Part shown: positions 1 through 13,279 of the stretch, piece by piece
Position numbering within the stretch: the first letter of the stretch is position 1
Layout: every line of letters begins with the position of its first letter
DNA from: Synechococcus sp. A15-24
Lineage (GTDB): Bacteria; Cyanobacteriota; Cyanobacteriia; PCC-6307; Cyanobiaceae
Length of the DNA stretch: 32,000 nt
Direction: 5' to 3'
Assembly: GCF_014280195.1 (NCBI RefSeq)
Contig: NZ_CP047960.1
Location: 1,950,001 to 1,982,000, forward strand
Notes under the pieces: model-generated
Told to the model about the DNA's origin: nothing
Database searches by the model: none
What the model saw: the letters and a program-made list of their open reading frames with translations, nothing else
Made by a program: the position numbers and the translations under genes

Positions 1-986
1 CGGGCATCGACAGCGCCCAATTGATCCTCACCGCCTTCCCCAGCTGGCTCGCTTTGCAACGGCCCGGACAAACGGGGCGCTACCGACTGCGCCAGGGTCG
101 TGGGGCCATCCTTCGCCCAGCAGACCCCCTGGCCGGCTCTGAGGCCCTGGCGGTGGCCAGGCTGGACATGGGCCAACGGGACACGAGGATCCAGCTGGCG
201 GTGCCCCTCAGCCGTCAACGGGTGGAGAAGCTGGCTCTTGAGCAAGGGGAATGGCTGGATCAGGTCACCTGGGATGACAAGTCAGAGCGGATTCGGGCCG
301 AACGTCAGCTGAAGCTGGGGGCGCTGGTGCTTCGCCAGGAGGCGCAACCGGCTCCACCGGCCGAGCAGTGCCGAGATCTTCTGCTCAGCCGCTTCAGAGA
401 ATCCGGACGGCTGGAGCTGCTGCCCTGGTCAGACAGCTGTGAACAACTGCGTCGACGTCTGGCGCTGGCGCACCGCCACCGAGGGGCTCCATGGCCGAGC
501 CGGGATCGCATCGCACTGATTGAGCATCCCGAGCAGTGGCTGGGGCCCTGCCTGGAAGGATGCCTCAGCTGGCAAGACCTGGATGAACTCAGCCTGCAGG
601 AGGCCCTCTGGGGTGAGCTGAGCTGGGAGCAACGCCAGCAGCTAAATCGGCTGCTGCCCCTGCGCCTGAGCATCCCCTCCGGCCGTGAAGCAACGCTTCG
701 CTACGAGGATGAGGAGGTGGTGCTTGCTGTGAAATTGCAAGAAATGTTCGGCTGCCAGGAAGGGCCGACCGTTCTCGACAACCAGCTGGCGGTGACCATT
801 GAACTGCTCTCTCCCGCCGGTCGCCCCCTACAACGAACCCGCGATCTCAGAGGCTTCTGGCAGGGCAGCTACAGCGACGTACGCCGCGAGATGCGCGGCC
901 GCTATCCCAAACATCCCTGGCCTGACAACCCGCTGGAGGCGACCGCAACAGCCTTCACCAAGCGACGATCTGCTACCAGGAAGTAA
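1..986 (+). CDS. hrpB: ATP-dependent helicase HrpB, C-terminal part (5' end outside window)
   Basis: The frame is open from base 3. The track ORF 21..986 only marks the first in-frame TTG. About 320 aa ending ...RGRYPKHPWPDNPLEATATAF resemble the HrpB C-terminal domain as I recall it. TAA at 984-986. Confidence 0.75.
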   Translation, partial: GIDSAQLILTAFPSWLALQRPGQTGRYRLRQGRGAILRPADPLAGSEALAVARLDMGQRDTRIQLAVPLSRQRVEKLALEQGEWLDQVTWDDKSERIRAERQLKLGALVLRQEAQPAPPAEQCRDLLLSRFRESGRLELLPWSDSCEQLRRRLALAHRHRGAPWPSRDRIALIEHPEQWLGPCLEGCLSWQDLDELSLQEALWGELSWEQRQQLNRLLPLRLSIPSGREATLRYEDEEVVLAVKLQEMFGCQEGPTVLDNQLAVTIELLSPAGRPLQRTRDLRGFWQGSYSDVRREMRGRYPKHPWPDNPLEATATAFTKRRSATRK

Positions 987-1012
987 ACAACTCCGAGTGT
1001 CGCCGCAAGCAC

Positions 1013-1042
1013 TGGCAACAAAAGTCCAACCTTTGTTACATT
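1013..1042 (+). promoter_or_regulatory. Candidate extended -10 promoter for hli
   Basis: TGGCAA (1013-1018), 18 nt, then TG (1034-1035), T, TACATT (1037-1042), 27 nt before the hli ATG. GTTACATT also equals one half-site of the cyanobacterial HLR1 element, but I see no convincing second half-site. Pattern match only. Confidence 0.3.
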
Positions 1043-1069
1043 TGGTGTATCCACAACTGGTTCTCCTCC

Positions 1070-1210
1070 ATGTCTGACAACGCACGCTTCGGCTTCGTCA
1101 ACTTCGCTGAAACCTGGAACGGCCGTCTGGCCATGATGGGCTTCGTCATCGGCCTCGGCACTGAGCTGCTGACCGGCCAGGGCATCCTGTCCCAAATCGG
1201 CCTCGGCTGA
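1070..1210 (+). CDS. hli: High-light-inducible protein (HLIP/CAB-like, one helix, 46 aa)
   Basis: Below the track size cutoff. ATG 1070 to TGA 1208-1210 gives MSDNARFGFVNFAETWNGRLAMMGFVIGLGTELLTGQGILSQIGLG, with the chlorophyll-binding motif ExxNGRxAMxGF. A strong terminator follows. Confidence 0.88.
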   Translation: MSDNARFGFVNFAETWNGRLAMMGFVIGLGTELLTGQGILSQIGLG

Positions 1211-1225
1211 TCCTTCGCGATATAC

Positions 1226-1259
1226 AAAAGCCCCTTCGGCCAGGCCGAGGGGCTTTTTT
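1226..1259 (+). terminator. Rho-independent terminator after hli
   Basis: GCCCCT(T)CGGC / GCCGAGGGGC stem of about 10 bp with one bulge (1230-1253) and loop CAG, followed by TTTTTT (1254-1259). Confidence 0.8.
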
Positions 1260-1292
1260 GATGTCTGCTCATCCGCTCCTTGATGGTCCACA

Positions 1293-1493
1293 GTGGACCT
1301 CCGCGACCCAACAGCCTTGGCACCGCTTTACGTTCAGAACCGTCGTGATGGCTCCAGGTTGCTGAGCAGTGCCCTGGTGATTTTCACCATCGCCGCAACC
1401 CAACTCCACCAAGCCTGGGGAGCAGCCGTGGCCATGATCAGCGCCGTGGTTTGCCTGTACTGGGGTTTCGCCTACCGACGTCTTGAGCGCTGA
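1293..1493 (+). CDS. Hypothetical small membrane protein (start uncertain)
   Basis: Track ORF starts at GTG. The C-terminal half is hydrophobic (ALVIFTIAATQL...AVAMISAVVCLYWGF) and the 3' end overlaps the xseA start by 11 nt. I recognise no family. An in-frame TTG further in is equally possible as a start. Confidence 0.3.
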   Translation: MDLRDPTALAPLYVQNRRDGSRLLSSALVIFTIAATQLHQAWGAAVAMISAVVCLYWGFAYRRLER

Positions 1494-2646
1494 CCGGATC
1501 CCCAGCTTTTCCGTCGCGGAACTCAACGCCGCCGTCGGCAACCTGCTGGAACGGGGCTTTGCTCCGCGCTTCCTGGTTGAAGCGACCGTCTCCAGGCCCC
1601 AGCTCAAAAAAGGCCACCTCTGGCTGACCCTCACCGATGGGGAGGCAAGCATCTCGGCAGTGGCGTGGGCATCCCAGCTGCGGCAGCTCCGTTATCGGCC
1701 GGAAGACGGCGACGGGGTGACCGTGGTCGGCAAGCTGAATTTCTGGGCTGCACGAGCCAGTCTCAACGTCCAGGTGCTGGACATCCGCCCGAGCCTGAGC
1801 ACCGTGCTGCGGCAGTTCGAGCTGGTGCGTCGCCGGCTGGAGGAGGCGGGGTTGCTCGATGTCACACGCCGCCGACCGCTTCCGCGGCAACCAAAAACAC
1901 TGGCGGTCTTGACCAGCGTTCCCAGCTCCGCCTTGGCGGACATGCTTCGTACCGCCTCTGAACGTTGGCCGATGACACGCCTGCTGGTGGTGCCGATCCC
2001 AGTTCAAGGCAGCGTGGCAGCGCGAATCCAAGAGGTGCTGGGTCGCCTGGCCGAAGAAGCGAGCGCGCTGGAATTGGACGCCCTGGTGCTGGCCCGCGGG
2101 GGCGGCAGCCGCGAAGATCTGGCCGTCTTCGATGACGAAGATCTCTGCCGTGATCTGGCGGCCTTTCCGGTCCCCGTTGTGACGGGGCTCGGCCATGAGG
2201 ACGACCTGACCGTGGCCGACCTGGTGGCGGATCATCGGGCCGCCACCCCAACTGCCGCCATCGTGGCTCTGCTGCCGGATCGGCATGTGGCGCTGCGGGA
2301 GCTGCAGCAGCAGCGCCAACGGCTGCGGGACCTGCGGAGCCGCTGGCTGGAACGCCAGCATCAGCGTCTGTTGGATCGTCGCCAGGCACTGGCCCTGCTG
2401 ACACCGCAACGAAGGCTTCAACAACTGCGGCAGCAGCTGGAACAGCGCCGCGCCCTGCTGAGGGCCCTGTCGCCTCAGCGCTGGCTGAAGCAGGGGCTTG
2501 CACTTGTCAGCAATGGCCAGGGCATGGCCATCGATGGTGTGAAAGGTGTGCGCAAGAAGGACACACTGACCCTCCGCTTCCAAGACGGCAGCCTTGAAAC
2601 CGTGGTGACCCAGGTGCGTCCACAAAACTCGTCTTCAACGCCATGA
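1483..2646 (+). CDS. xseA: Exodeoxyribonuclease VII large subunit
   Basis: N-terminus SVAELNAAVGNLLERGF...GHLWLTLTD...ISAVAW (OB-fold region), central LARGGGSREDL..F and a coiled-coil tail. TTG start at 1483. The stop overlaps the xseB ATG (ATGA at 2643-2646). Confidence 0.9.
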   Translation: MSADRIPSFSVAELNAAVGNLLERGFAPRFLVEATVSRPQLKKGHLWLTLTDGEASISAVAWASQLRQLRYRPEDGDGVTVVGKLNFWAARASLNVQVLDIRPSLSTVLRQFELVRRRLEEAGLLDVTRRRPLPRQPKTLAVLTSVPSSALADMLRTASERWPMTRLLVVPIPVQGSVAARIQEVLGRLAEEASALELDALVLARGGGSREDLAVFDDEDLCRDLAAFPVPVVTGLGHEDDLTVADLVADHRAATPTAAIVALLPDRHVALRELQQQRQRLRDLRSRWLERQHQRLLDRRQALALLTPQRRLQQLRQQLEQRRALLRALSPQRWLKQGLALVSNGQGMAIDGVKGVRKKDTLTLRFQDGSLETVVTQVRPQNSSSTP

Positions 2647-2903
2647 GCCAACCCACCGACCTGCAAGCCCAGATCGAAACCTGGCGCGAGGATGCCGCCG
2701 GCCTCAGCTACGAAGAGGCCCTGCAAGCCCTCGATCTGCTGCTGACTGAGCTACAAAGCGACACGGTTCCACTGGCTGAGCTGCAGCAGCGTGTTGCGCA
2801 TGGGGAGGTGTACCTCGACCACTGCGAATCACTACTGAAGTCTGTGGAACGTGCCGTCGACACCCTCGACCCCGACAGCCTTGAACCAACCACCGATGCG
2901 TAA
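2643..2903 (+). CDS. xseB: Exodeoxyribonuclease VII small subunit
   Basis: 86 aa, ...LSYEEALQALDLLLTELQSD.VPLAEL...G..L..C...L is typical XseB. Translationally coupled to xseA. Confidence 0.88.
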   Translation: MSQPTDLQAQIETWREDAAGLSYEEALQALDLLLTELQSDTVPLAELQQRVAHGEVYLDHCESLLKSVERAVDTLDPDSLEPTTDA

Positions 2904-3249
2904 AGCTCTCCCCTGGATTTACCTGGCCTTGGCCGTGCTGGGAGCTGTTCTGCCCTGGAAAGCAAACCTGGAGTTCATCGCGGAAAGCGGCGGCCAGGCC
3001 TTCGATCTGTCGCGGTTCGTGGCCGATGCCTCCAGCACGGCAGCAGCACGGTCCCTCAGCGCGGATTTGTTGATCGGAGCCACCGCAGTAACGATCTGGA
3101 TCTGTGTGGAAGGACCACGACAGAAGATCAAAGGCTGGTGGCTGGCGATCCCCCTGAGCTTTGGCGTTGCCTTCGCCTGCGCAGCTCCGTTTTTCCTGTT
3201 CCTGCGCGAACGTCAATTGCAGGCTCAGGAATCCGAGTTGACCTCCTGA
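2896..3249 (+). CDS. Small integral membrane protein, DUF2834-like
   Basis: I chose the internal ATG at 2896 (MRKALPWIYLALAVLGAVLPW...) rather than the track start 2851. It overlaps the xseB stop by 8 nt. About 3 TM segments. Family name is from memory. Confidence 0.6.
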   Translation: MRKALPWIYLALAVLGAVLPWKANLEFIAESGGQAFDLSRFVADASSTAAARSLSADLLIGATAVTIWICVEGPRQKIKGWWLAIPLSFGVAFACAAPFFLFLRERQLQAQESELTS

Positions 3250-3572
3250 GCCGACACGTCGATGGTGACATCACTGGCGGGAACGGCATCGTTGGCTGAA
3301 GCCGACGCAGTTGAACCCACCGGCATGGATGTACCACAGGCGGGACATCGCTCAACGCTTTTGACACTGGCGGTTCCGCAGGCTGGACACGTGATCATGC
3401 GTGCCTGAAGAACCTTCCATCCGATCCAGCCAAGCCCCGTCAAGAGCAGAGGGAGCCCCAGCAGCACCAATGCCACCCCACCCACAAGATCCAGCAGCAC
3501 GCGTCCAGCGGCTGTTGGCAACAGCAGCAGTAAAAGAACGGCGAACCAAAGCAATGCTGGTGGACGATTCAT
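3225..3572 (-). CDS. Membrane-anchored zinc-ribbon protein (hypothetical)
   Basis: ATG at 3572, one codon inside the track TTG at 3575. Two N-terminal hydrophobic segments, then CPACG-x11-CPACG (four-Cys ribbon) and an acidic tail. Its 3' end overlaps the convergent gene by 25 nt. Confidence 0.55.
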   Translation of the reverse strand: MNRPPALLWFAVLLLLLLPTAAGRVLLDLVGGVALVLLGLPLLLTGLGWIGWKVLQARMITCPACGTASVKSVERCPACGTSMPVGSTASASANDAVPASDVTIDVSAQEVNSDS

Positions 3573-3630
3573 CAATCAGGCAGACAGGGCTGTTCAGATC
3601 AGGTCCAGCTTCGCAAAATCGGCCTAAAGA

Positions 3631-4560
3631 TCAAGCAGATGTGAGGTTTGGTTGTCCCTGATCAGGCTGACGTAATCTCAGGCTCAATTCAACACTCCAA
3701 CATTGGCCAAAATACAAAATCAATCCCACCAGCCAGACCCATAGCGTTAAGACCAAAACACCACCAATCACGCCATAGGCCTGGTAGCGATTGCCCAGGG
3801 AAATAATACTGAGACTGAGAACACTGTTCAGGATCGTGAGACTGAATCCGATCAACAAAGAGCCGGGGATCAGTGGCCTCAATGGAACGCGACGGCTAGG
3901 AAGAACGCGCTGAAGCAAAAGCGCCAACAACGACAGAAACAGGGTTGGAACGAGGATCTGTCCGAGTCGTGTCACTGGCCCCGTCAGCAGTAACAGTGAC
4001 AACTCAGGCGCGAATTGCTGAAGGGTGGCAAGCAATTCATCCGGCAGCTGGCGAAAGCCCACAACCAGCTGCTCCACCAGGAGTAGAGATGTCAGCAACA
4101 ACACAATCATGAATGCTTCCAGACGACTACGGATGAACTGAATTACCTGAAAAGAGAACGATTGTGACTGCGCGGGGGATGGCATCCACTCCTCCCACAA
4201 TCGGTCAGCGCCACGCTGAAGGGTCAAAAATGCATTACTCGCGGTAACCAGAAGAACAACAACACCGAACAAACCTGCTCCGAATCCCTGGTCCACCAGG
4301 CCCCGCAATGTGGTTTCCACCAGGTCGAGCGCCGATGGAGGCAAGACAGGCGACAGACTGGCAAAAAGATAATCAAGACTTTCAGCCTTACCGATGACAT
4401 TGGCCACGACAGCAAGAGCAATCAGTAACAGCGGGAAAATTGATTGCAGCGTGAAATATGCAAACGCAGCACTGAGATCAACACATTCATGACTCACCCA
4501 ACGCTGACCCGCTCGCCAGAGACTGACGACAATCCAGCGAAAGCGAGAACGTCGACTCAA
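3631..4560 (-). CDS. YihY/BrkB (formerly 'RNase BN') family inner-membrane protein
   Basis: ...CVDLSAAFAYFTLQSIFPLLLIALAV... plus about 6 TM segments is the YihY family signature. TTG start. Noticeably lower GC than its neighbours. Confidence 0.85.
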   Translation of the reverse strand: MSRRSRFRWIVVSLWRAGQRWVSHECVDLSAAFAYFTLQSIFPLLLIALAVVANVIGKAESLDYLFASLSPVLPPSALDLVETTLRGLVDQGFGAGLFGVVVLLVTASNAFLTLQRGADRLWEEWMPSPAQSQSFSFQVIQFIRSRLEAFMIVLLLTSLLLVEQLVVGFRQLPDELLATLQQFAPELSLLLLTGPVTRLGQILVPTLFLSLLALLLQRVLPSRRVPLRPLIPGSLLIGFSLTILNSVLSLSIISLGNRYQAYGVIGGVLVLTLWVWLVGLILYFGQCWSVELSLRLRQPDQGQPNLTSA

Positions 4561-4636
4561 GGCGAATACGCCACCTATTGGAACACTAACACCAGCGACT
4601 CACGCTAAAGCTGGTGAACCATGAGCAAAGCAAGGC

Positions 4637-4666
4637 ACAAAAAAACCACCTCGTGACGAGGTGGTT
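4637..4666 (-). terminator. Rho-independent terminator of the rRNA operon
   Basis: 9-bp stem ACCACCTCG / CGAGGTGGT (4645-4653 / 4657-4665) with a 3-nt loop. On the - strand it is followed by a T-run of 6, or 7 if the T paired to 4665 at the stem base (4645) is counted (plus-strand A run 4639-4645). About 65 nt downstream of 5S. Confidence 0.75.
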
Positions 4667-4731
4667 TCTTCGTGGGGAGGGATGTTGGCCGAAACGGCTC
4701 AATCATCAACTCCCTTATTGAGGAATGTTTT

Positions 4732-4849
4732 ACCTGGCATTGAGCTATTTTCTCAGGGGGCTACCCCCCAAATATCGTCGCCGCTGATGCGTTTCACAAC
4801 CGAGTTCGGGATGGATCGAAGTGGGACCACACCGCCATGAACACCAGGA
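4732..4849 (-). rRNA. rrf: 5S ribosomal RNA
   Basis: The reverse complement reads TCCTGGTGTTCATGGCGGTGTGGTCCCACTTCGATCCATCCCGAACTCGGTTGTGAAACGCATCAGCGGCGACGATA...GCCAGGT, a canonical cyanobacterial 5S. Ends are +/- a few nt. Confidence 0.92.
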
Positions 4850-4870
4850 TAAAAGTCATTCCCAAGGTGT

Positions 4871-4890
4871 GAACCCTGAGAACTGCATAG
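4871..4890 (-). other. 3' half of the 23S flanking (processing) stem
   Basis: Plus-strand GAACCCTGAGAACTGCATAG is the inverted complement (18 WC pairs, 1 G-U, 1 mismatch of 20) of 8060-8079 in the 16S-23S spacer. Confidence 0.55.
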
Positions 4891-4957
4891 GATCTGCAAC
4901 CGTAGTTGCGCGTCTGAATTAAACAAAGAATGTTGTCTTCAGGCAAGAACCAAAATG

Positions 4958-7823
<2,866 letters not shown>

Positions 7824-8059
7824 AATTAATCTCCTGAACGCTTACCGCCGTTGAAAGCAGATTTTCAAGTTTTAATCATCAACTTTCGCTGATTCCTAAA
7901 ACAAGATCAAACTCTGATTCGCTCGACACGAATCAAAGAACGCTCAAGAGTCTCGGCTCTTGCTCAAAAGAATTTTCATTGTTCTAGATCTAATCTCCCT
8001 TTCAGAAAATTAGATTTAAAACAATGCATCTGTAAGATGCTTTGTTTTTCCAGACTTAC

Positions 8060-8079
8060 CTATGCAGTTGTCAAGGTTC
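8060..8079 (-). promoter_or_regulatory. ITS box A-like antiterminator element / 5' half of the 23S flanking stem
   Basis: RNA sense GAACCTTGACAACTGCATAG matches the conserved cyanobacterial ITS box A (GAACCTTGAAAACTGCATA, from memory). It is complementary to 4871-4890. Confidence 0.6.
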
Positions 8080-8285
8080 TGCCAGACTCCAAATCCAATG
8101 ACCAATCTCTTGATCACTGAACTCGAGCCCAGCATCTTATCAACCAAATTCATTCAAGTAAACTAGTCTACTTCAATTTGGAATGACAGGAAGCTGGGGT
8201 CATCCAGCGGACACATCTAAATCACACTTCACAATCGAGTGGTTCTCCATCTTTCAATGCAAAACCGGAGATTGAGTTCGGTCAG

Positions 8286-8358
8286 TGGAGGTTAGGAGAC
8301 TCGAACTCCTGACATCCTGCTTGCAAAGCAGGCGCTCTACCAACTGAGCTAAACCCCC
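8286..8358 (-). tRNA. tRNA-Ala (anticodon UGC)
   Basis: Reverse complement is GGGGGTTTAGCTCAGTTGGTAGAGCGCCTGCTTTGCAAGCAGGATGTCAGGAGTTCGAGTCTCCTAACCTCCA. It folds as a cloverleaf with the G3:U70 Ala identity pair. CCA is not encoded. Confidence 0.96.
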
Positions 8359-8367
8359 AACACCGAA

Positions 8368-8441
<74 letters not shown>

Positions 8442-8476
8442 AGGAAAACTCAACCCTTGTGGGGTGTGACCTAGAC

Positions 8477-8492
8477 AAAGTTTAGGAACTGA
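8477..8492 (-). other. 3' half of the 16S flanking (processing) stem
   Basis: AAAGTTTAGGAACTGA on the plus strand is the exact reverse complement of 10458-10473 in the 16S leader (16/16). Confidence 0.6.
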
Positions 8493-8628
8493 TCATCTCC
8501 ACAACACGCATCAACATCTCTGTTAACTCTGTTGCTTCAACGCTGAGGTACCGATCGACCTAAGGTGACAGGATTTCGGCCTAAGAATAAAAGTACTCAG
8601 GCATCAAAATCATTGTGTTGTCTCCCTG

Positions 8629-10110
<1,482 letters not shown>

Positions 10111-10457
10111 GTAGATCAAGTCCTTTTGATAATTTTCATCATCTCAACTTAATTTGCGTCACCCATTATTCAGCATTCGCTGGAAACAGTTGAGGCCTCC
10201 TTCCCGCTGACACAGAAAGGGTTCTTAAGAGTGCACATCTAGATTTCTCTATCTATGACTTTCCAGGATCTCAGATCCGGTTGTTGCTCCACATTGCGCA
10301 CACCGGCAACAGAAAGGATCGTGAAAACCTTCCCGTTGCAAGCACAATGCTTCGACGCAACGAAATTTTTTGACGGGACCTCACACCTTCATCGCTTCTT
10401 CATTCAATCCCTCACCTGACCTTTCGGCTCGGTTCAGAACCAAACGCGATGAAAGCG

Positions 10458-10473
10458 TCAGTTCCTAAACTTT
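10458..10473 (-). other. 5' half of the 16S flanking (processing) stem in the rRNA leader
   Basis: Perfect 16-nt inverted complement of 8477-8492. The bases flanking both ends are mismatched. Confidence 0.6.
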
Positions 10474-10682
10474 TCAATTGTCCAGGTGCGACCAGTTCCC
10501 TAGCCCCTTCCTTTCAGAAGAGTGGTAACTGATCAACGCGGCCTCTCGCGACCGCTTGAAGAACTTACAACACCGTGGGATCGCTCCCTCTTGGTCTTGC
10601 AAGTGACCCAAGACACTTCAAGGCTTTCGCCCCTCAGGCTTCGGTCTTGCGCTCTCACCTCTCGGCTCCTGCACAAGTTAAA

Positions 10683-10712
10683 ATCGTACCACTCCTTACG
10701 CCCACGGCGCAA
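10683..10712 (-). promoter_or_regulatory. Candidate rRNA operon promoter
   Basis: The minus strand reads TTGCGC (10712-10707), 18 nt, then TGg TACGAT (TACGAT = 10688-10683), an extended -10 arrangement. It starts 4 nt downstream of the IMPase-family stop codon. Pattern only, but it was the best match I found by eye in 10110-10715. Confidence 0.3.
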
Positions 10713-10715
10713 CTA

Positions 10716-11519
10716 CTAAGGCTGGATCAGGGCTTCACCCCAGGGCAGCAAGCGCGCCAGCTCAGACCAAGAGCCCGCAGCGAGCATTGGAAAACTGGTC
10801 TGAGACAAGTCCTGACCCGGCGACAGCTCGGCGGGATCGATGTCCAACCAGCGGATCGGACAGCCCAATTCATCGAGAACCAGCCAGGCAGCCGCCAGAT
10901 CCCAGATCTTGGGGGTGGCCTCAAGGGCTGCAATGGTCTGGCCTATCGCCACGCTCACCAGATTGAGGCTGGCCACGCCGAACAGCCGGATCTTTCCGGG
11001 AAAAGGCTGATTCGGTTTTCGCTGCAACACACGGATCGAACGACTGCACAACGACACGCAGGCGCTGTTGGCGTGCTGACGGGTCGCTGTGGTCAACGCC
11101 TGTTCATTGCGCATCACACCCCTCCCCCGCAACGCCACGATCCGCTGCCCCAGGGCTGGAACATCAAGGAACACCTCACTGGGGCGGCCATCAACAAAAC
11201 GCGCCACGGAGATGGCCCACACCGGAATACCCGTCGCGAAGTTCGTGGTGCCATCCAGGGGATCCACAACCCAGTAAGCCCGGGTCTGGGGTACGCGTTG
11301 CGAACCCTCTTCACTGAGAACGCCCTCACCGGGTGCAATCAAGGCCAGTCCTTTGACCAGCTCCGCATCACTCCAGCGATCACAGGCCGTGATCAACGTG
11401 CCGTCTGGTTTGACATCAGAAACGATGTTGCCGAAATCCGAGCGCTGACGCTCTGCAATGCGATCCAGCAACTGATGAATGGCGCTCAGTTGGTCTGAAC
11501 TGAGCACCGACGTCACCAC
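10716..11519 (-). CDS. Inositol monophosphatase (IMPase/SuhB/CysQ) family protein
   Basis: Metal-binding motifs ...EEG... and WVVDPLDGTTNF, with the second motif region WDLAA. GTG start overlaps the TolC-like stop by 4-7 nt. Confidence 0.85.
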   Translation of the reverse strand: MVTSVLSSDQLSAIHQLLDRIAERQRSDFGNIVSDVKPDGTLITACDRWSDAELVKGLALIAPGEGVLSEEGSQRVPQTRAYWVVDPLDGTTNFATGIPVWAISVARFVDGRPSEVFLDVPALGQRIVALRGRGVMRNEQALTTATRQHANSACVSLCSRSIRVLQRKPNQPFPGKIRLFGVASLNLVSVAIGQTIAALEATPKIWDLAAAWLVLDELGCPIRWLDIDPAELSPGQDLSQTSFPMLAAGSWSELARLLPWGEALIQP

Positions 11520-13255
11520 AGGGGCTGCACTGACTGTGAGATGGCTTCAGTCTGACCTGCGACGGAACTCATCGGACAGGCTGTTTTCAAGGGTGTGGGT
11601 TCAATCGGGATCACCATGCCCTCAGCCTCCGGCTTTTGCGCCGGAAGGGTGTTGGCAGGACAGGCGATCAGTGCATCAAGACCCGTACGACGCCGCAACT
11701 GGGCCAGGCTGGTGTTGTAATCACGGATGGCCTGGGCATAGCGGAGCTCAGCGTTGGTGAGGTCCCGCTGGTTGTCCACCACTTCCCGCTGGGTGCTCAC
11801 ACCCGCCTGAACCCTCAACTGGGACAACCGCAGTGACTCGCGAGACGACAGCACTTCACTGGATGTGGTCTCGATGTTCTGAATGGCCGAACGCAGGTTG
11901 ATGAAGCTCTGCTCCACCTCAAGCCGGATGCCATCACGCGTGGCGGCAAAGTTGTAAGCGCTTTCTTCAGCGGCTTGCTTAAACCGACGGTAGTCAGCCC
12001 TGGCCCGTCCACCATCAAACAGGCGCCATCTGGCCGTGAGTGCGGTGGTGTTCTGGGCACCCCAGCGGTAATCGTCCATGTCGATATCCCCGAGGGAATT
12101 CACACCGGACAGACCTTCATTGCGAAAGCTCGTGGTGGTGTTCACAAAGCTGAGCACCGGCTGGACCGCAGCCAGTGACGCATTGGCCTGGCTGTTGTCG
12201 ATAGAGATATCGAGAATCAGCTGATCGAGCTCTTCCCGGTAGTTGTAGGCCGCGATGATGCTCTCCTGCAGGGAAGGCTCCCACAAGCCAAGGGGCGTTG
12301 AGGGAGTCGCGGCAGTTGGGGTGATGTCCTGAGGCAGGTCCAGCTCACGGGCCAAGCTGCGCCGGGCAAGATCCTGAGACGCGAGTCGATCCGTCAACAG
12401 GTTGCGGTCGCGTGCCAGCTGCGTCTCAGCTTCCAGTACCTCCAACTTGGTGTTGACACCGGCGTTGTAGCGCGCTCTGGCATCGCGAAGACTCACCAGG
12501 GACGCACGGACGGATGCCTGGCCGATACGAACCCCTTCATCGGCTTCCTGCAACTGGAAATAGGACGACGCTGCCTGAAGACGAAGGTCGCGCAGTGCAA
12601 TCAGATAGGAGTCGCGAGCACGCTCAAAGGTGTCGCGAGCCGCTGCAATCTGAGGTACACGGGCCGGATCAATGATGTCCCAACTCACCCGCAGATTGAC
12701 ATCGGCGCGCCACTCACGGCCGTAGGTCTCAGGATCGCCTTCGATCCGTTCACCGGTCAGGGGATTTGTGACACCTGGAACGAAATCGGGATTGCGGTAG
12801 GTGTACGACTTGAGATAGCTCGGCAGACCGTTGGCAGACAGATCAACGGAGGGGTACCAGGCCGAGATAGCCGCCCGAAGTGACGATTTGGCTTGATCCA
12901 CCCGGCTCGCTGCTGCCTTGAGCTGTGGACTGTTCACCTCTGCTAGCTGCAGAGCTTCTTCCAACGTCAGCGGACGGAGCTCATGGATCCGAACCTGTTC
13001 AGGTGCGTCGGGGAGAGCAAGGCTGGGGGGAGCAGCGAGATCCTCCAACTCTTCGGGCAGTTCTGCCGCTGCAGCAGGAAGGACGGAAGGATCGGCCACA
13101 GGACGCTCTCCCTTCAGCTCGAGAGCATTCGGAAGGGTGGTTTGATCCACCAGCGCGGAAGTGGAGGACGTCGGTTCGTCCTGACTCACCACAGGAGCAG
13201 TTGCTGCTGCCAGCACACCAGCAGTCAGGACAACAGTCGCGGTGAACCGACGCAC
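11513..13255 (-). CDS. TolC-family outer-membrane efflux channel
   Basis: Signal peptide MRRFTATVVLTAGVLAAATAPVVSQ. Duplicated OEP-type coiled-coil/beta repeats (LTLEEALQLAEVNSPQLKAA..., ...RDYNTSLAQLRRRTG). GTG start. Confidence 0.85.
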   Translation of the reverse strand: MRRFTATVVLTAGVLAAATAPVVSQDEPTSSTSALVDQTTLPNALELKGERPVADPSVLPAAAAELPEELEDLAAPPSLALPDAPEQVRIHELRPLTLEEALQLAEVNSPQLKAAASRVDQAKSSLRAAISAWYPSVDLSANGLPSYLKSYTYRNPDFVPGVTNPLTGERIEGDPETYGREWRADVNLRVSWDIIDPARVPQIAAARDTFERARDSYLIALRDLRLQAASSYFQLQEADEGVRIGQASVRASLVSLRDARARYNAGVNTKLEVLEAETQLARDRNLLTDRLASQDLARRSLARELDLPQDITPTAATPSTPLGLWEPSLQESIIAAYNYREELDQLILDISIDNSQANASLAAVQPVLSFVNTTTSFRNEGLSGVNSLGDIDMDDYRWGAQNTTALTARWRLFDGGRARADYRRFKQAAEESAYNFAATRDGIRLEVEQSFINLRSAIQNIETTSSEVLSSRESLRLSQLRVQAGVSTQREVVDNQRDLTNAELRYAQAIRDYNTSLAQLRRRTGLDALIACPANTLPAQKPEAEGMVIPIEPTPLKTACPMSSVAGQTEAISQSVQPLW

Positions 13256-13279
13256 AGCAAATCGCTAACTGGGCGGAGC

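Noticed and set aside
1438-2625. 395-aa ORF antisense to xseA. Similar long shadow ORFs occur at 10575..11498 (+), 16498..17652 (-), 17993..18493 (-), 18821..19891 (+), 19566..20789 (-), 22953..23921 (-), 24195..25613 (+), 26987..27787 (+), 27827..28468 (-) and 30658..31311 (-).
   Set aside because: Each is antisense to a gene with clear family motifs. The translations are Arg/Pro/Gly/Ala/His-rich with no motifs. Stop-poor antisense frames are expected at this GC content.
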